From an uncultured Collinsella sp. (GTDB lineage: Bacteria > Actinomycetota > Coriobacteriia > Coriobacteriales > Coriobacteriaceae), in assembly GCA_902478995.1 (NCBI GenBank), contig CABSNF010000001.1:108-64107 (forward strand): a DNA stretch of 64,000 bases, in the 5' to 3' direction. Within the stretch, counting starts at the first letter, position 1, and every line of letters begins with the position of its first letter. The position numbers and the translations under genes are program-made. This document shows, one piece after another, positions 28,971 to 41,037 of the stretch. The notes under the pieces are model-generated. The model saw nothing but the letters and a program-made list of their open reading frames with translations. It had not been told where the DNA came from and did not search any database.

Positions 28971-29089
28971 CTTAAGTTCCTCCTGCTGCATTTCGAGTGT
29001 CCGCGGGGACGCGGACGCAGATATAGACACGTGAGCTTGAAGATTGTAGGGAAATCAATGTTCAAATGTCAAGAAATCAAAGGTAAAAG

Positions 29090-29310
29090 GTTGCGCAGTT
29101 CACACGGTTCCCCCATAAGCACAACCGAAATTTGCGCCTCATGGCAACCTTTCACGATATTTCATCGAGTTTTCAACAGGTCATGTTGGCAATGTTGAGA
29201 ACTTTTCACCCGTTTTCCAAAGTTTTCAACAAGTTTTGAAAAGTTGTCGAAAGATGAGAAACGTTGCACGGTGAGCTACTATTTGTTCGAAACCTTTTGA
29301 AAGATTGCGA
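29090..29310. promoter_or_regulatory. Upstream DnaA-box-like cluster (oriC part 1)
   Basis: TTTTCAACA at 29170 and 29223; reverse-strand variants TGTTGGCAA 29184, TGTTGAGAA 29193, TGTCGAAAG 29245; AT-rich; at the strand switch. Confidence 0.7.
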
Positions 29311-29315
29311 GCGGC

Positions 29316-30644
29316 ATGTCTGACGACTTTTACACCATGGTCGATTCCGGAGACCCGGCACCCGACAACGAGCACATCACCGGCGTGCGCGAAGAGCGTG
29401 CGGAAGGCGAGCAGACGACCACGCAGGCGCCAAAAGCCATGTACGCCGCGCGCATCGCCGTCTATGACGACATGCTGTCGACACCGCGGGTGATCGTCAT
29501 TGATCCGCAAGATGTCCGCACGTATTTGGAAGAGACGACCAACACCGTCTACCAGTGCATGAAAGAACAAGGTGGCCATATCTCGCTCATGGTCATCCGC
29601 GAGATTGTCGAAAACTTTATCCACGCACACTTTGCCGAGCCCATCATCTCGATTCTGGACGGCGGAGACACCATCCGCTTTGCTGACCAAGGACCCGGCA
29701 TCGACGACAAGGAACGTGCTTTCGACTTTGGCGTTACCAGCGCAAACAGCAAGATGAAGCGCTATATCCGTGGAACCGGAGCAGGGTTTCCCATGGTGCA
29801 GGAGTATTTGGAAAACGCCGGCGGTGCCGTATCCATCGAGGACAACATGGGCAACGGCACCGTGGTTACGGTAAGCCTGAACCCTAAACGCGTGCAGGAA
29901 ATCGAGCGTGCCGGCGGACGCGGCGCTGCCGTGCGGCCCGAGACGGAGCAGCCCACATATCCCCTGCCGGGAGCTTTTGCGCAGCAGCCCGTGGCAACGC
30001 AGCAGATGCAGCCCCCCGTGGGACAGATGCAGCAGCCCGGAATGCTTCCCACACAAGAACCCCAGGCGGCATCTATGTCGATGCCGCCAAACATGCCAGA
30101 GGCCATGCCGCTGGCTGATCAGGATGCAGCAGCAATGCAGCAGGCGACGGGGGCGCCGGGTGGCCAGCAAATGGGCTATCAGCCGTACCAACAGGGATAT
30201 CCATATCAGCAGATGCCGCCACTGGGGTATGGCCAGCAGTTCCCGCAGCAGTACCAGCAGGGATATCAGCAGCCGTACAACCCCTGGGTCCAGCAGACGC
30301 CTCCGCAGCCTTACCAACAGTGGCCTCAAAGTTTTCAACAGCAAATGCCGCCGACGCAGAGTTCTCAACAACCAGCAGCTCAAATGATGTATCCTAATGC
30401 AGTAAATCAGTATGCACAGCCACAACCGGACGTGTTCGTAAGCGATCGCGGCAACGCCGCGCTGGGCTATCTGGCGCAAAATCAAGCGTGCGGCGCAACC
30501 GATCTTGCGAGGGCGTTTGGAAACTCGGCCCCCACTTGGTCACGCACGCTCAATGACTTGGCGCAGGCCGGCTTGGTCATCAAGCATGGCCAGAAATACC
30601 ATCTGACCGAACTCGGCGCCGCTCGCGTGCGAGCTCAGAGCTAA
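29316..30644 (+). CDS. GHKL (HATPase_c-like) ATPase + Gln/Pro-rich linker + C-terminal winged HTH
   Basis: REIVENFIHA (N box), DQGPGI (G1), GTGAGF (G2), GTVVTV; C-terminal GATDLARAFG.SAPTWSRTLNDLAQAGLV...YHLT. Confidence 0.85.
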   Translation: MSDDFYTMVDSGDPAPDNEHITGVREERAEGEQTTTQAPKAMYAARIAVYDDMLSTPRVIVIDPQDVRTYLEETTNTVYQCMKEQGGHISLMVIREIVENFIHAHFAEPIISILDGGDTIRFADQGPGIDDKERAFDFGVTSANSKMKRYIRGTGAGFPMVQEYLENAGGAVSIEDNMGNGTVVTVSLNPKRVQEIERAGGRGAAVRPETEQPTYPLPGAFAQQPVATQQMQPPVGQMQQPGMLPTQEPQAASMSMPPNMPEAMPLADQDAAAMQQATGAPGGQQMGYQPYQQGYPYQQMPPLGYGQQFPQQYQQGYQQPYNPWVQQTPPQPYQQWPQSFQQQMPPTQSSQQPAAQMMYPNAVNQYAQPQPDVFVSDRGNAALGYLAQNQACGATDLARAFGNSAPTWSRTLNDLAQAGLVIKHGQKYHLTELGAARVRAQS

Positions 30645-30659
30645 AGAACGGGAGAGACA

Positions 30660-32384
30660 GTGGACGAGGAAGCAAGCATCATCCTGGGGGATGCCATCGC
30701 CTTTTGCCAGCGCGACGGCCAAGATGCACGCCTCATCAACATGCTGGGGCAATCGCGCGCCATAAGCCTGACCGAAGATACGCTCACGATCGAGGCCCCC
30801 TCGCGCTTTGCCATCGCGCAGCTCAAAAAGCATCAGCCGACTATTGAGGCCTATCTGGAAGAAATCGCCTTTGCACCGATTGCTCTCGACATCGTGGCAC
30901 CGCAAGGCGCCGCGACGGAATCCGCTGCCGCCACGGCGCCCGCCACGGCTCCCGCTGCTTCCCCGGCGGTGCCGGCCTCCGCAGGCGATGTGCCGACAAT
31001 CGAGCACCAGCACAGCGATGTTTCCCGTGAAACAATGGCACCGTTGACGAGCGCGGCGGCGACGTCAACGAACGCACCCGTCACGCACATGCCCATCGCT
31101 CACGACGCAGCGGCGGGCGCGGATTCGGGCATTGCAATCAAGAACACGCTCTCGGCCGACGATTTTCGTCGCATGATGAACCAGATGAAGGGCGGAGCGC
31201 CGACTAAATCCACGCAAGCTGCGGCCCCCGCTTCACCCATGCCAGCACCGACCGTGCCGGCCGAGCAGAATACGGATGGAGCCCCGCTCGCCGCGAACTC
31301 AAAATTTACCTTTGAAAACTTTGTCTACGGCCCCGAGAACAGCCATGCCTATCGCTCGGCACTCAAGTTTGCCGCCCTCGCGGACGAGCGCGGCACATGC
31401 ACATCCCTGTTCATCTATGGCAAATCGGGGCTGGGCAAGACCCATCTGCTGCTCGCCATCAAAAACGAGCTCGCCGAGAAGTCGCCCGAGATAAAGGTCA
31501 AGTATGCCAACTCCCAGGCATATCTGGACGACCTGATGACCGAGTTCGACCGTCAAAAGAAGAGCAACGCCCCCATCATGCAGGCGTACCACGGCGTGGA
31601 CGTGCTCATCATCGATGACATCCAAAACATCATCGGCAAGCGCGCGAGTGTGGACTACTTTTTCCAGCTCATGGACGAGTTCATCCGCAACAACAAGAAG
31701 GTCGTCATCGCGGCAGACCGCGCCCCCAAGGACCTGAGCATGGACGAGCGTCTGACCAGCCGCTTCAACGCCGGAATGCTCTGCCTGGTCGCAGAGCCCA
31801 GCTACGAGATGAAATACAAGATCTTGCAGCGCTATTACGAGAACACCATCGTCGCCGCTCCCGAGGCGGGCGACGACTCACTGCTGGCGGCCTATGGGGG
31901 CGACGGCGGGCACCTGACCGACGAGCACTTTAAACACATGGCCGAGGTCTCGGGCACCAACATCCGCGAACTCGAGAGCTTTTGCGAGCGCTGCGCCGGC
32001 GAGGCGGGCGACCGCGAGCGCGAGGGCGGAGAGCTCACCTTTGACGATATCGACGCCATCGCCAGCCAGTACTTCGACACATCGGCCAAAAAGATCAACG
32101 TCCAGACGGTTCAGTCCGTCATCGAAGAGCAGTACGGCGTGACACACGAGGAGCTCATCGGCCCGCGTCGCAACGCCAATATCGCCAAAGCACGCCATAT
32201 CGCTATCTACCTGGCCATCGAGATGTGCGAAATGACGACCACGGCGGTGGGCGCCGAATTTGGCAACCGCAACCACTCGACCGTCAGCACGAGCTACAAA
32301 AAGGTCCAGAAGATGATCCAGGAAGACCGCACCGTCACCGAAGACCTCAAGTCGCTGCGCGATAAAATTACACTGCGCTCGTAG
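30660..32384 (+). CDS. dnaA: Chromosomal replication initiator DnaA (long domain II)
   Basis: FTFENFV, LFIYGKSGLGKTHLL, LIIDDIQ, RLTSRF, NIRELE, ARHIAIYL, RNHSTV. Confidence 0.96.
   Translation: MDEEASIILGDAIAFCQRDGQDARLINMLGQSRAISLTEDTLTIEAPSRFAIAQLKKHQPTIEAYLEEIAFAPIALDIVAPQGAATESAAATAPATAPAASPAVPASAGDVPTIEHQHSDVSRETMAPLTSAAATSTNAPVTHMPIAHDAAAGADSGIAIKNTLSADDFRRMMNQMKGGAPTKSTQAAAPASPMPAPTVPAEQNTDGAPLAANSKFTFENFVYGPENSHAYRSALKFAALADERGTCTSLFIYGKSGLGKTHLLLAIKNELAEKSPEIKVKYANSQAYLDDLMTEFDRQKKSNAPIMQAYHGVDVLIIDDIQNIIGKRASVDYFFQLMDEFIRNNKKVVIAADRAPKDLSMDERLTSRFNAGMLCLVAEPSYEMKYKILQRYYENTIVAAPEAGDDSLLAAYGGDGGHLTDEHFKHMAEVSGTNIRELESFCERCAGEAGDREREGGELTFDDIDAIASQYFDTSAKKINVQTVQSVIEEQYGVTHEELIGPRRNANIAKARHIAIYLAIEMCEMTTTAVGAEFGNRNHSTVSTSYKKVQKMIQEDRTVTEDLKSLRDKITLRS
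31019..31034. promoter_or_regulatory. parS-like site inside dnaA
   Basis: TGTTTCCCGTGAAACA, 1 mismatch to consensus. Confidence 0.65.
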
Positions 32385-32622
32385 GGAAATAGAGACACCT
32401 GTTGAAAACTTGTCGAAACCACGGGCATAAGGTGTCTAAAACCCAACCCGCGGTGATGAAAAGTTTTGCGCAGGTTTTGAACGTGGAAAACCACCCCTGT
32501 TGCACACAGGCTGCTGTCGATTCTCTTTCTGGGTCTGACCTGCGTCTTTGGGAGTAATCAACAGTTTCGTCAGTGCTATTACTATTATTAAGATATTTAT
32601 ATCTATAGAAAGGTATTAAAAG
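32385..32622. other. oriC (dnaA-dnaN intergenic region) with DnaA-box variants, DnaA-trios and AT-rich unwinding region
   Basis: TGTTGAAAA 32400, TGTCGAAAC 32411, TGTCTAAAA 32433, TAATCAACA 32555, then CTA-TTA-CTA-TTA-TTA 32576-32590 and an AT-rich run. Confidence 0.85.
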
Positions 32623-33726
32623 ATGAAGTTCACCGTCAGCCAGAGCTCGCTTACACAAGCCATCGGCGTCGTTATGAAGGGTGTCGCTTCGGCATCCACC
32701 CTTCCCATCCTGTCGGGCGTGCTCGTCAAGGCCCAAGACGGCATCTTGGAATTCCAGACCTCTAACTACACCATCTCGATCCGTCATCGCATCGCGGCGC
32801 ATGTCGAAGAAGAGGGCGAGATGGTTATCCCCTGTAAGATGCTCTCCAATATCACCAAGACCCTCCCCGATGCCCCGGTCACCTTTGAGCTGTCCGAGCG
32901 CCAGGTGCTGATTGGTTGCGAGAAGAGCTCTTTCCGCCTGAACACGCTTGATGCTAATGACTTCCCCGAGTTTCCGGCCTATGCCATCGAGAGCGCCGTG
33001 GAACTGCCGACCGATATCTTGTCCGAGATGGTCGGCCGCGTGTGGCGCGTCACCTCGACCGACAAGGCCCGCCCCATCCTGGGTGGCGTGCACATGAAGG
33101 TCGAGAACAACACCGTGCGCCTGGTGGCGACCGATTCCTTCCGTTTGGCCGTGTGCGATACACAGGTCGAGACCTCGACCCTCGAAGGCTCCTTTGAGCT
33201 CAACGTTCCGGCTGACGCCTTTAACGACGCACTGAACATCATGGACAGCCAGGCGACCATCATGATCGGGGCTACCGACACCCAGGTCGTCTTCGAGGCC
33301 GGCAACACCACCTACGTGTCGCGCCGCATCGAGGGCGTGTACCCCAACTACAAGCAGCTCATCCCCGATTCGTGCGTGACGAGCGTCAAGATCGACGTCG
33401 CCGCCTTTAACGCCGCCCTCAAGCGCGTGGCCGTTATCGCGAGCGCCAACCCCGCCGTCAAGTTCGAGATCGATGTCGAGAACGGGCAGATGGGCCTGTC
33501 CTCCATCTCCAATGACCAGGACCTTGCGCAGGAGACGATCGATGTCGAGGCCGAGGGCGAGTCGGGTACCATCGCCTTCAACTACCACTACATCTTCGGC
33601 TGCCTCAATGCCCTGTCCAAGGAGAAGGAGATCACGCTGGAGCTCAAGAGCTACTCGCAGGCGGGCATCTTCAAGTCCTACGACAAGATCAACTACCTGT
33701 ACCTGGTCATGCCGGTTCGCATCTAG
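32623..33726 (+). CDS. dnaN: DNA polymerase III beta clamp
   Basis: TLPILSG, RPILGG, VATDSFRLA, SRRIEG.YPNY, YLVMPVR. Confidence 0.97.
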   Translation: MKFTVSQSSLTQAIGVVMKGVASASTLPILSGVLVKAQDGILEFQTSNYTISIRHRIAAHVEEEGEMVIPCKMLSNITKTLPDAPVTFELSERQVLIGCEKSSFRLNTLDANDFPEFPAYAIESAVELPTDILSEMVGRVWRVTSTDKARPILGGVHMKVENNTVRLVATDSFRLAVCDTQVETSTLEGSFELNVPADAFNDALNIMDSQATIMIGATDTQVVFEAGNTTYVSRRIEGVYPNYKQLIPDSCVTSVKIDVAAFNAALKRVAVIASANPAVKFEIDVENGQMGLSSISNDQDLAQETIDVEAEGESGTIAFNYHYIFGCLNALSKEKEITLELKSYSQAGIFKSYDKINYLYLVMPVRI

Positions 33727-33735
33727 CGCTGCGCC

Positions 33736-34842
33736 ATGACCATGTTCGCCCGCGATCTTTCCGTCGCGCACTACCGCAGTTTCGAGAGCTATCGTCTTGC
33801 CCTGGACGAGGGCGTGACGATACTTGCGGGACCCAACGCGGCAGGAAAGACCAATCTCATAGAGGCACTGCAGCTGCTGACGAGCGGCGCCTCGTTTAGG
33901 CATCCGACCGCAGCCGAGCTCGTCCATGATGGCGTGGGCTCGTGCAAGATCGAGCTGAGGCTCGAGGGCGACGGCCGCGTACTTGATATGGGATTGAGCG
34001 CGGAGGACGGTAAACGCTCGTTTAGCCGCAACGGCAAGAGATGCTCTGCCGCCGGTGTGCGCGGGGTTCTGCCGAGCGTGCTGTTTTGCCCCGACCATCT
34101 GGACATGGTTAAGCGAGGCGCCAGTGTGCGCCGCGCCGCCCTCGACGACTTTGGCATGCAACTGAGCGCACGCTATGCCGATCTTGCGAGCACCTATGGT
34201 CGCTGCGTGACCCAGCGTAACGCCTTGCTCAAGGAGGCCTGGTGCTGCCGCGAGATGCTCGGCGCGTGGAACGATTCGATTGCCCGCTCGGGCGCGGCTC
34301 TGCTCGTGCACCGGTTGGCCCTGCTCGACCGGCTGGCGGGCCATGTGCGTACTGCCTACGGGCAAGTGGCGTCCGGTGAAGCCGCCAACGTGTCCTATGC
34401 GTCCACGCTGGGGGATTTGCCCCAGGTCGATGATCGCGAAGAGCTGAAGGGCTGGGCGTACGAGCGCATGCTGGCTGCCCTTGATGAGCACGCCGACGAG
34501 GAAATTCGCCGCGGCGTGACGTTGGTGGGACCGCATCGCGACGAGATTGAGTTTGCTGTGGCGGGTCGCTCCGCCCGTTCATTTGCCAGCCAAGGTCAGC
34601 AGCGAACGTTGGTTCTGGCCTGGAAGGTGGCGGAGGTGGCCGTGGCTCGCGATGTCCTGGGCACCGCCCCACTGCTGCTTTTGGACGACGTGATGAGCGA
34701 ACTCGACGGCGAACGCCGCGGTGCTTTCCTGCGGCTGATCGGCGATGATATCCAGACGGTCATAACCACGACCAACCTGGGGTACTTTACCGATGACCTG
34801 CTTGATCGAGCCAAGGTGGTGAGCATGGGTGAGACGTGCTAA
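33736..34842 (+). CDS. recF: DNA replication/repair protein RecF
   Basis: GPNAAGKTN, GPHRD, ASQGQQR, LLLDDVMSELD. Confidence 0.96.
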   Translation: MTMFARDLSVAHYRSFESYRLALDEGVTILAGPNAAGKTNLIEALQLLTSGASFRHPTAAELVHDGVGSCKIELRLEGDGRVLDMGLSAEDGKRSFSRNGKRCSAAGVRGVLPSVLFCPDHLDMVKRGASVRRAALDDFGMQLSARYADLASTYGRCVTQRNALLKEAWCCREMLGAWNDSIARSGAALLVHRLALLDRLAGHVRTAYGQVASGEAANVSYASTLGDLPQVDDREELKGWAYERMLAALDEHADEEIRRGVTLVGPHRDEIEFAVAGRSARSFASQGQQRTLVLAWKVAEVAVARDVLGTAPLLLLDDVMSELDGERRGAFLRLIGDDIQTVITTTNLGYFTDDLLDRAKVVSMGETC

Positions 34843-35392
34843 TTACGAGCGCGAGAGCGAAACGGTCGCCTTCAGTGGCTTTTTGAACGCAGAGCGCCAG
34901 CGCATCCTGGCGGCTGCGACCCCTGAGCGCCGTGCGCAGATGGAGGCCGCCGAGGAGTCGCGCGCGGTCTATCGCGCGTGGAACGCGGTGTGCTCGGGCA
35001 CGCGCGAGGGGCGGCATGTGACGGGCCTGCGCTACCTGCCCGAGTCCAATGAGCTGCTGGTATATCTCGACTCGCCCTCGTGGACGCAGGAAATGACGTT
35101 GTTGCGCGAGATCATCCGCGCGCGCATGGAGCGCGCCGGTGCGCATGTGGATGGCCTGGTGTTCAAAACCACCGCGCCCGGTCACACGCCGCCCGCCGCC
35201 AAGGAGCGCCTTCGCCCAGCGGCGACCGAGCGCCCGCCGGCCCCACACGCCGACCTCAGCGATGCCGAGCGCACCGAGATTGAGCGCCAAGTGGCGCCCA
35301 TCGAAGACCAAAAACTGCGCGAGGCCCTCGAGAACGCCATGAGAGCCAGTGCCGAGTGGGCCAAGGGCGTGCAAAGCAAAAAAGAGCCTTAA
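34829..35392 (+). CDS. DUF721/DciA-like protein
   Basis: Position between recF and gyrB; W..V....HV...LLVYLDSPSWTQEM motif. Confidence 0.75.
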   Translation: MRRANYERESETVAFSGFLNAERQRILAAATPERRAQMEAAEESRAVYRAWNAVCSGTREGRHVTGLRYLPESNELLVYLDSPSWTQEMTLLREIIRARMERAGAHVDGLVFKTTAPGHTPPAAKERLRPAATERPPAPHADLSDAERTEIERQVAPIEDQKLREALENAMRASAEWAKGVQSKKEP

Positions 35393-35455
35393 ATCGCATC
35401 TGGTGGCCTTGTAGAGCCAAATACCCTCGTTCCCGAGGGTATTTTTTTACGATAA

Positions 35456-37528
<2,073 letters not shown>

Positions 37529-37539
37529 GAGGAGGTAAC

Positions 37540-40281
37540 GTGGCAGACGATATCAACAATAACGAGGGTATGGGCGAGGCCGGCGATGCCGGTATGCCCG
37601 ACGATCTGAAGCGCCTGCTTGCCCGTGCTGAGCAGGGCGAGGACGGCGACCCGGACGCCTATAACCCCGATGCCGATGATGATGAGGAAGAAGACGACGA
37701 CGCCGAGCTCGAGGAGAGCTTTGGCGAAGTCGATCGCGGCGCCTCGGCCGGCGAGGATATCAACGGCGGCCAGCTCCAGATTTCGGAGTTCGGTCGCGAG
37801 ATGAAGCAGTCGTTCATCGAGTATTCGATGTCGGTCATCACGGCGCGCGCCCTGCCGGACGTGCGCGACGGCTTAAAGCCGGTGCACCGCCGCATCCTGT
37901 ACGCGATGAACGAGAGCGGCATCTACCCCAACCGACCGCACAAGAAGTCGGCTTGGACGGTCGGCGAAGTTATCGGTAAGTACCACCCGCACGGCGATTC
38001 CGCGGTCTATGAGGCCATGGTCCGCCTGGCGCAGTGGTTCTCCATGCGCACGCCGCTCATCGATGGTCACGGCAACTTCGGTAACATCGACGGCGACGGC
38101 GCGGCGGCCATGCGTTACACCGAGAGCCGCCTGGCAAAGCCCGCCATGGAACTGCTGCGTGACTTGCAGAAGGATACCGTCGACTGGCAGCCCAACTACG
38201 ACGAATCGCTCGCCGAGCCCGTGGCGCTGCCTGCGCGCTTCCCCAACCTGCTGGTTAACGGCAGCCAAGGCATCGCCGTCGGCATGGCCACCAACATCGC
38301 CCCGCATAACCTCACCGAGGCGATCGAGGCCACCTGCTACCTGATCGACAACCCCGACGCCACCGTCGACGAGCTCATGCAGATCATGCCCGGTCCGGAC
38401 TTCCCCACCGGCGCCATCATCATGGGCAGCGCCGGCATTAAGCAGAGCTACGAGACCGGTCGCGGCTCCATTACCGTGCGTGCCAAGGCGCACGTGGAGT
38501 CCACCAAGACCGGCCGCAGCCGCCTGGTCTTTACCGAGATTCCCTACATGGTCAACAAGGGCACCCTGCAGGAGAAGATCGCCCAGCTCGTCAACGACAA
38601 GCGCATCGAGGGCATCTCGGATATGCGCGATGAGTCCAACCAGAAGGGCATCCGTCTGGTCATCGAGCTCAAGAAGGGCGTCATTCCGCAGGTCGTGCTC
38701 AACAATCTGTATAAGTACACCTCGCTGCAGACGACCTTTGGCGCCAACAACCTGGCACTCGTCAACGGCGTTCCCAAATGCCTGAGCCTGCGTGAGATGC
38801 TGCAGCACTACATCGACCACCAGGTCGACGTCGTCACCCGCCGCACCCGCTTCGACCTTAAGAAGGCCCAGGCCCGCGCGCATATCCTCGAGGGCTACCT
38901 GATGGCCCTTGACCATATCGACGAGGTCATCAGCATTATCCGCTCCTCGCAGACCGACTCCGAGGCCAGCAGCCGACTGATCGAACGCTTTGGCTTTACG
39001 CCCGAGCAGACCACGGCCATCCTCGAGATGAAGCTGCGCCGCCTGACCGGCCTGGAGCGCGACAAGATCCAAGAAGAGTTGGACGGCCTGCGCCGCGCCA
39101 TCGCCTACTACGAGGACCTGCTGGCGCACGAGGAGAAGATTCTGGGCGTCATCAAGGAAGAGATGCGCGAGATCTCCAAGAAGTTTGGCGACAAGCGCCG
39201 TACCGAAATCAGCCAGGTTGAGAAGGACCTGGATGTCGAGGACCTCATCGCCGACGAGGATATGGTCGTGACCATCACCCACACCGGCTACGTTAAGCGT
39301 ATCCCAGTGGCTGCCTACCGTGCCCAGAAGCGCGGTGGCAAGGGCGTGTCGGGCGTCAACCTCAAAGAGGACGACGTTATCGATGAGATGTTCATCGCGT
39401 CCACGCACGAGTACGTGCTGTTCTTCTCGAGCAAGGGCAAGGTCTATCGCCTGAAGGTGCACGAGCTGCCGGTGGGTACGCGCCAGGCGCGCGGTACCGC
39501 GATCGTCAACCTGCTGCCCTTCGAGGAAGGCGAGAAGATCGCGAGCGTCATCAGCTGCCGCGAGTTCCCGGCCGACGAGTACCTGATGTTTGCCACCAAG
39601 AGCGGCATGGTCAAAAAGACCGTGATGAGCGCATATGACCGCAGCCGTCGCGACGGCCTGATCGCTATCAACCTGCGTGACGACGACGCGCTGCTGAACG
39701 TGCGCCGCGTGCGCGAGGGCGACAAGATTATCCTGGCCACCACCGCGGGCAAGGCGATCATGTTCTCCGAGGAGCAGGTGCGCGCCACCGGCCGCGATAC
39801 CAGCGGCGTTCGCGGTATCGGTCTGAAGGACGGCGTGAGCGTTCTGGGCATGGAAGTCACTAACGGCAACGGCGATCTATTCGTCATCACCGAGCGCGGC
39901 TACGGCAAGCGCACGCCGGTCGCGGACTACCCGGAGCAGAATCGCGGCGGCCAGGGCGTCTACACCATTCAAATGACCGAACGTAAGGGTAACCTCGCGG
40001 CCATGAAGACGGTGGGCCCGCAGCACGAGCTGTTCATCGTGACGGAGGGCGCGACGGTCATTCGCGTCAAGACCGACGAGATCAGCCAGACCGGCCGCGC
40101 CACCCAGGGAGTCAAGATGATGACCGTCGACGACAACGACCGCATTTGCGCCGTAGCCCGCATGACGACCGCCAAAGAGAAGCCCGAGGGCGAAGGTGCC
40201 GAGGCCGCAGCCGACACCGAAGAAGCCCCAGTCGACCTAGGCGACGGCAACGACCTGCCAGAGGATCTCCTCGACGAGTAA
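37540..40281 (+). CDS. gyrA: DNA gyrase subunit A
   Basis: [29 protein letters not shown], GyrA-box QKRGGKG. Confidence 0.98.
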   Translation: MADDINNNEGMGEAGDAGMPDDLKRLLARAEQGEDGDPDAYNPDADDDEEEDDDAELEESFGEVDRGASAGEDINGGQLQISEFGREMKQSFIEYSMSVITARALPDVRDGLKPVHRRILYAMNESGIYPNRPHKKSAWTVGEVIGKYHPHGDSAVYEAMVRLAQWFSMRTPLIDGHGNFGNIDGDGAAAMRYTESRLAKPAMELLRDLQKDTVDWQPNYDESLAEPVALPARFPNLLVNGSQGIAVGMATNIAPHNLTEAIEATCYLIDNPDATVDELMQIMPGPDFPTGAIIMGSAGIKQSYETGRGSITVRAKAHVESTKTGRSRLVFTEIPYMVNKGTLQEKIAQLVNDKRIEGISDMRDESNQKGIRLVIELKKGVIPQVVLNNLYKYTSLQTTFGANNLALVNGVPKCLSLREMLQHYIDHQVDVVTRRTRFDLKKAQARAHILEGYLMALDHIDEVISIIRSSQTDSEASSRLIERFGFTPEQTTAILEMKLRRLTGLERDKIQEELDGLRRAIAYYEDLLAHEEKILGVIKEEMREISKKFGDKRRTEISQVEKDLDVEDLIADEDMVVTITHTGYVKRIPVAAYRAQKRGGKGVSGVNLKEDDVIDEMFIASTHEYVLFFSSKGKVYRLKVHELPVGTRQARGTAIVNLLPFEEGEKIASVISCREFPADEYLMFATKSGMVKKTVMSAYDRSRRDGLIAINLRDDDALLNVRRVREGDKIILATTAGKAIMFSEEQVRATGRDTSGVRGIGLKDGVSVLGMEVTNGNGDLFVITERGYGKRTPVADYPEQNRGGQGVYTIQMTERKGNLAAMKTVGPQHELFIVTEGATVIRVKTDEISQTGRATQGVKMMTVDDNDRICAVARMTTAKEKPEGEGAEAAADTEEAPVDLGDGNDLPEDLLDE

Positions 40282-40321
40282 GAGGCCCTGACTGGTAAAA
40301 ATCATCAGACCCCTTATATCG

Positions 40322-40354
40322 GCGGTCGGCGCACTGCGCGCCGACCGCTTTTTT
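40322..40354 (+). terminator. Intrinsic terminator after gyrA
   Basis: GCGGTCGGCGC...GCGCCGACCGC followed by T6. Confidence 0.85.
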
Positions 40355-40371
40355 GACAAGCTTGGAACCCC

Positions 40372-40507
40372 GTGTCAGACGGCTGGGCGAGATGGGTTAG
40401 GTTTGTCGCGAGTTCCGCACGCAAAGAAGGCCACTTAATGTGGCCTTCGTCTTGCGCAGGACTGCCCGAGCAGCAAACCTAACCCATCTCGCCCAGCCGT
40501 CTGACAC
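40372..40507. repeat. 136-bp palindromic element with perfect 34-bp arms
   Basis: 40372-40405 is the exact reverse complement of 40474-40507; nested inner hairpin GAAGGCCAC-TTAAT-GTGGCCTTC. Confidence 0.9.
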
Positions 40508-40578
40508 ACCCTCCAAAGATTTTCAAAAAAGTTGTTGACGCGCGCGTAACGACTCGTCTAATATATCCCTTGCGCGAT

Positions 40579-40655
40579 GGACCTGTAGCTCAGTTGGTTA
40601 GAGCGTCCGGCTGATAACCGGGAGGTCACAAGTTCGAATCTTGTCAGGTCCACCA
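40579..40655 (+). tRNA. tRNA-Ile(GAT)
   Basis: GGACCTG/CAGGTCC acceptor stem, CT-GAT-AA loop, ACCA end; upstream TTGACG...TAATAT promoter-like sequence. Confidence 0.96.
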
Positions 40656-40722
40656 CTTTCTTTCGCAATAAACACCCCAGCGAGAGCCGAGTCGCCGCTG
40701 GGGTGTTTATTACTGTCTCCGT

Positions 40723-40798
40723 GGGGGTTTAGCTCAGCTGGGAGAGCGCGGGCTTTGCAAGCCTGAGGTCAGGGGTTCGATCCCCCTAACCTCCACCA
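40723..40798 (+). tRNA. tRNA-Ala(TGC)
   Basis: GGGGGTT/AACCTCC acceptor stem with G3:U70, TT-TGC-AA loop, ACCA end. Confidence 0.96.
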
Positions 40799-40802
40799 TG
40801 AT

Positions 40803-40879
40803 GGACCTGTAGCTCAGTTGGTTAGAGCGTCCGGCTGATAACCGGGAGGTCACAAGTTCGAATCTTGTCAGGTCCACCA
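40803..40879 (+). tRNA. tRNA-Ile(GAT), second identical copy
   Basis: Sequence identical to 40579-40655. Confidence 0.96.
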
Positions 40880-40893
40880 TCACAACTGTGAAG

Positions 40894-40923
40894 AGCCCTG
40901 GGGCATTGCCTCGGGGCTTTTTT
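40894..40923 (+). terminator. Terminator of tRNA operon
   Basis: AGCCCTGGGGCA-T-TGCCTCGGGGCT followed by a T-tract. Confidence 0.8.
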
Positions 40924-41037
40924 CTTGTCTGCGATAAATCTCATTTTGGTTTTGTGTGCTGTGCGAAAGTTTGGGTAGTATAGCTATTCAATGCGGCGGA
41001 CTGCCGCGTGTTAACCGCTACGTACCGGAGGTGTTCC

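Noticed and set aside
37980..38015. Quinolone-resistance substitution in GyrA
   Set aside because: The QRDR reads [10 protein letters not shown], with Ser and an acidic residue at the usual positions
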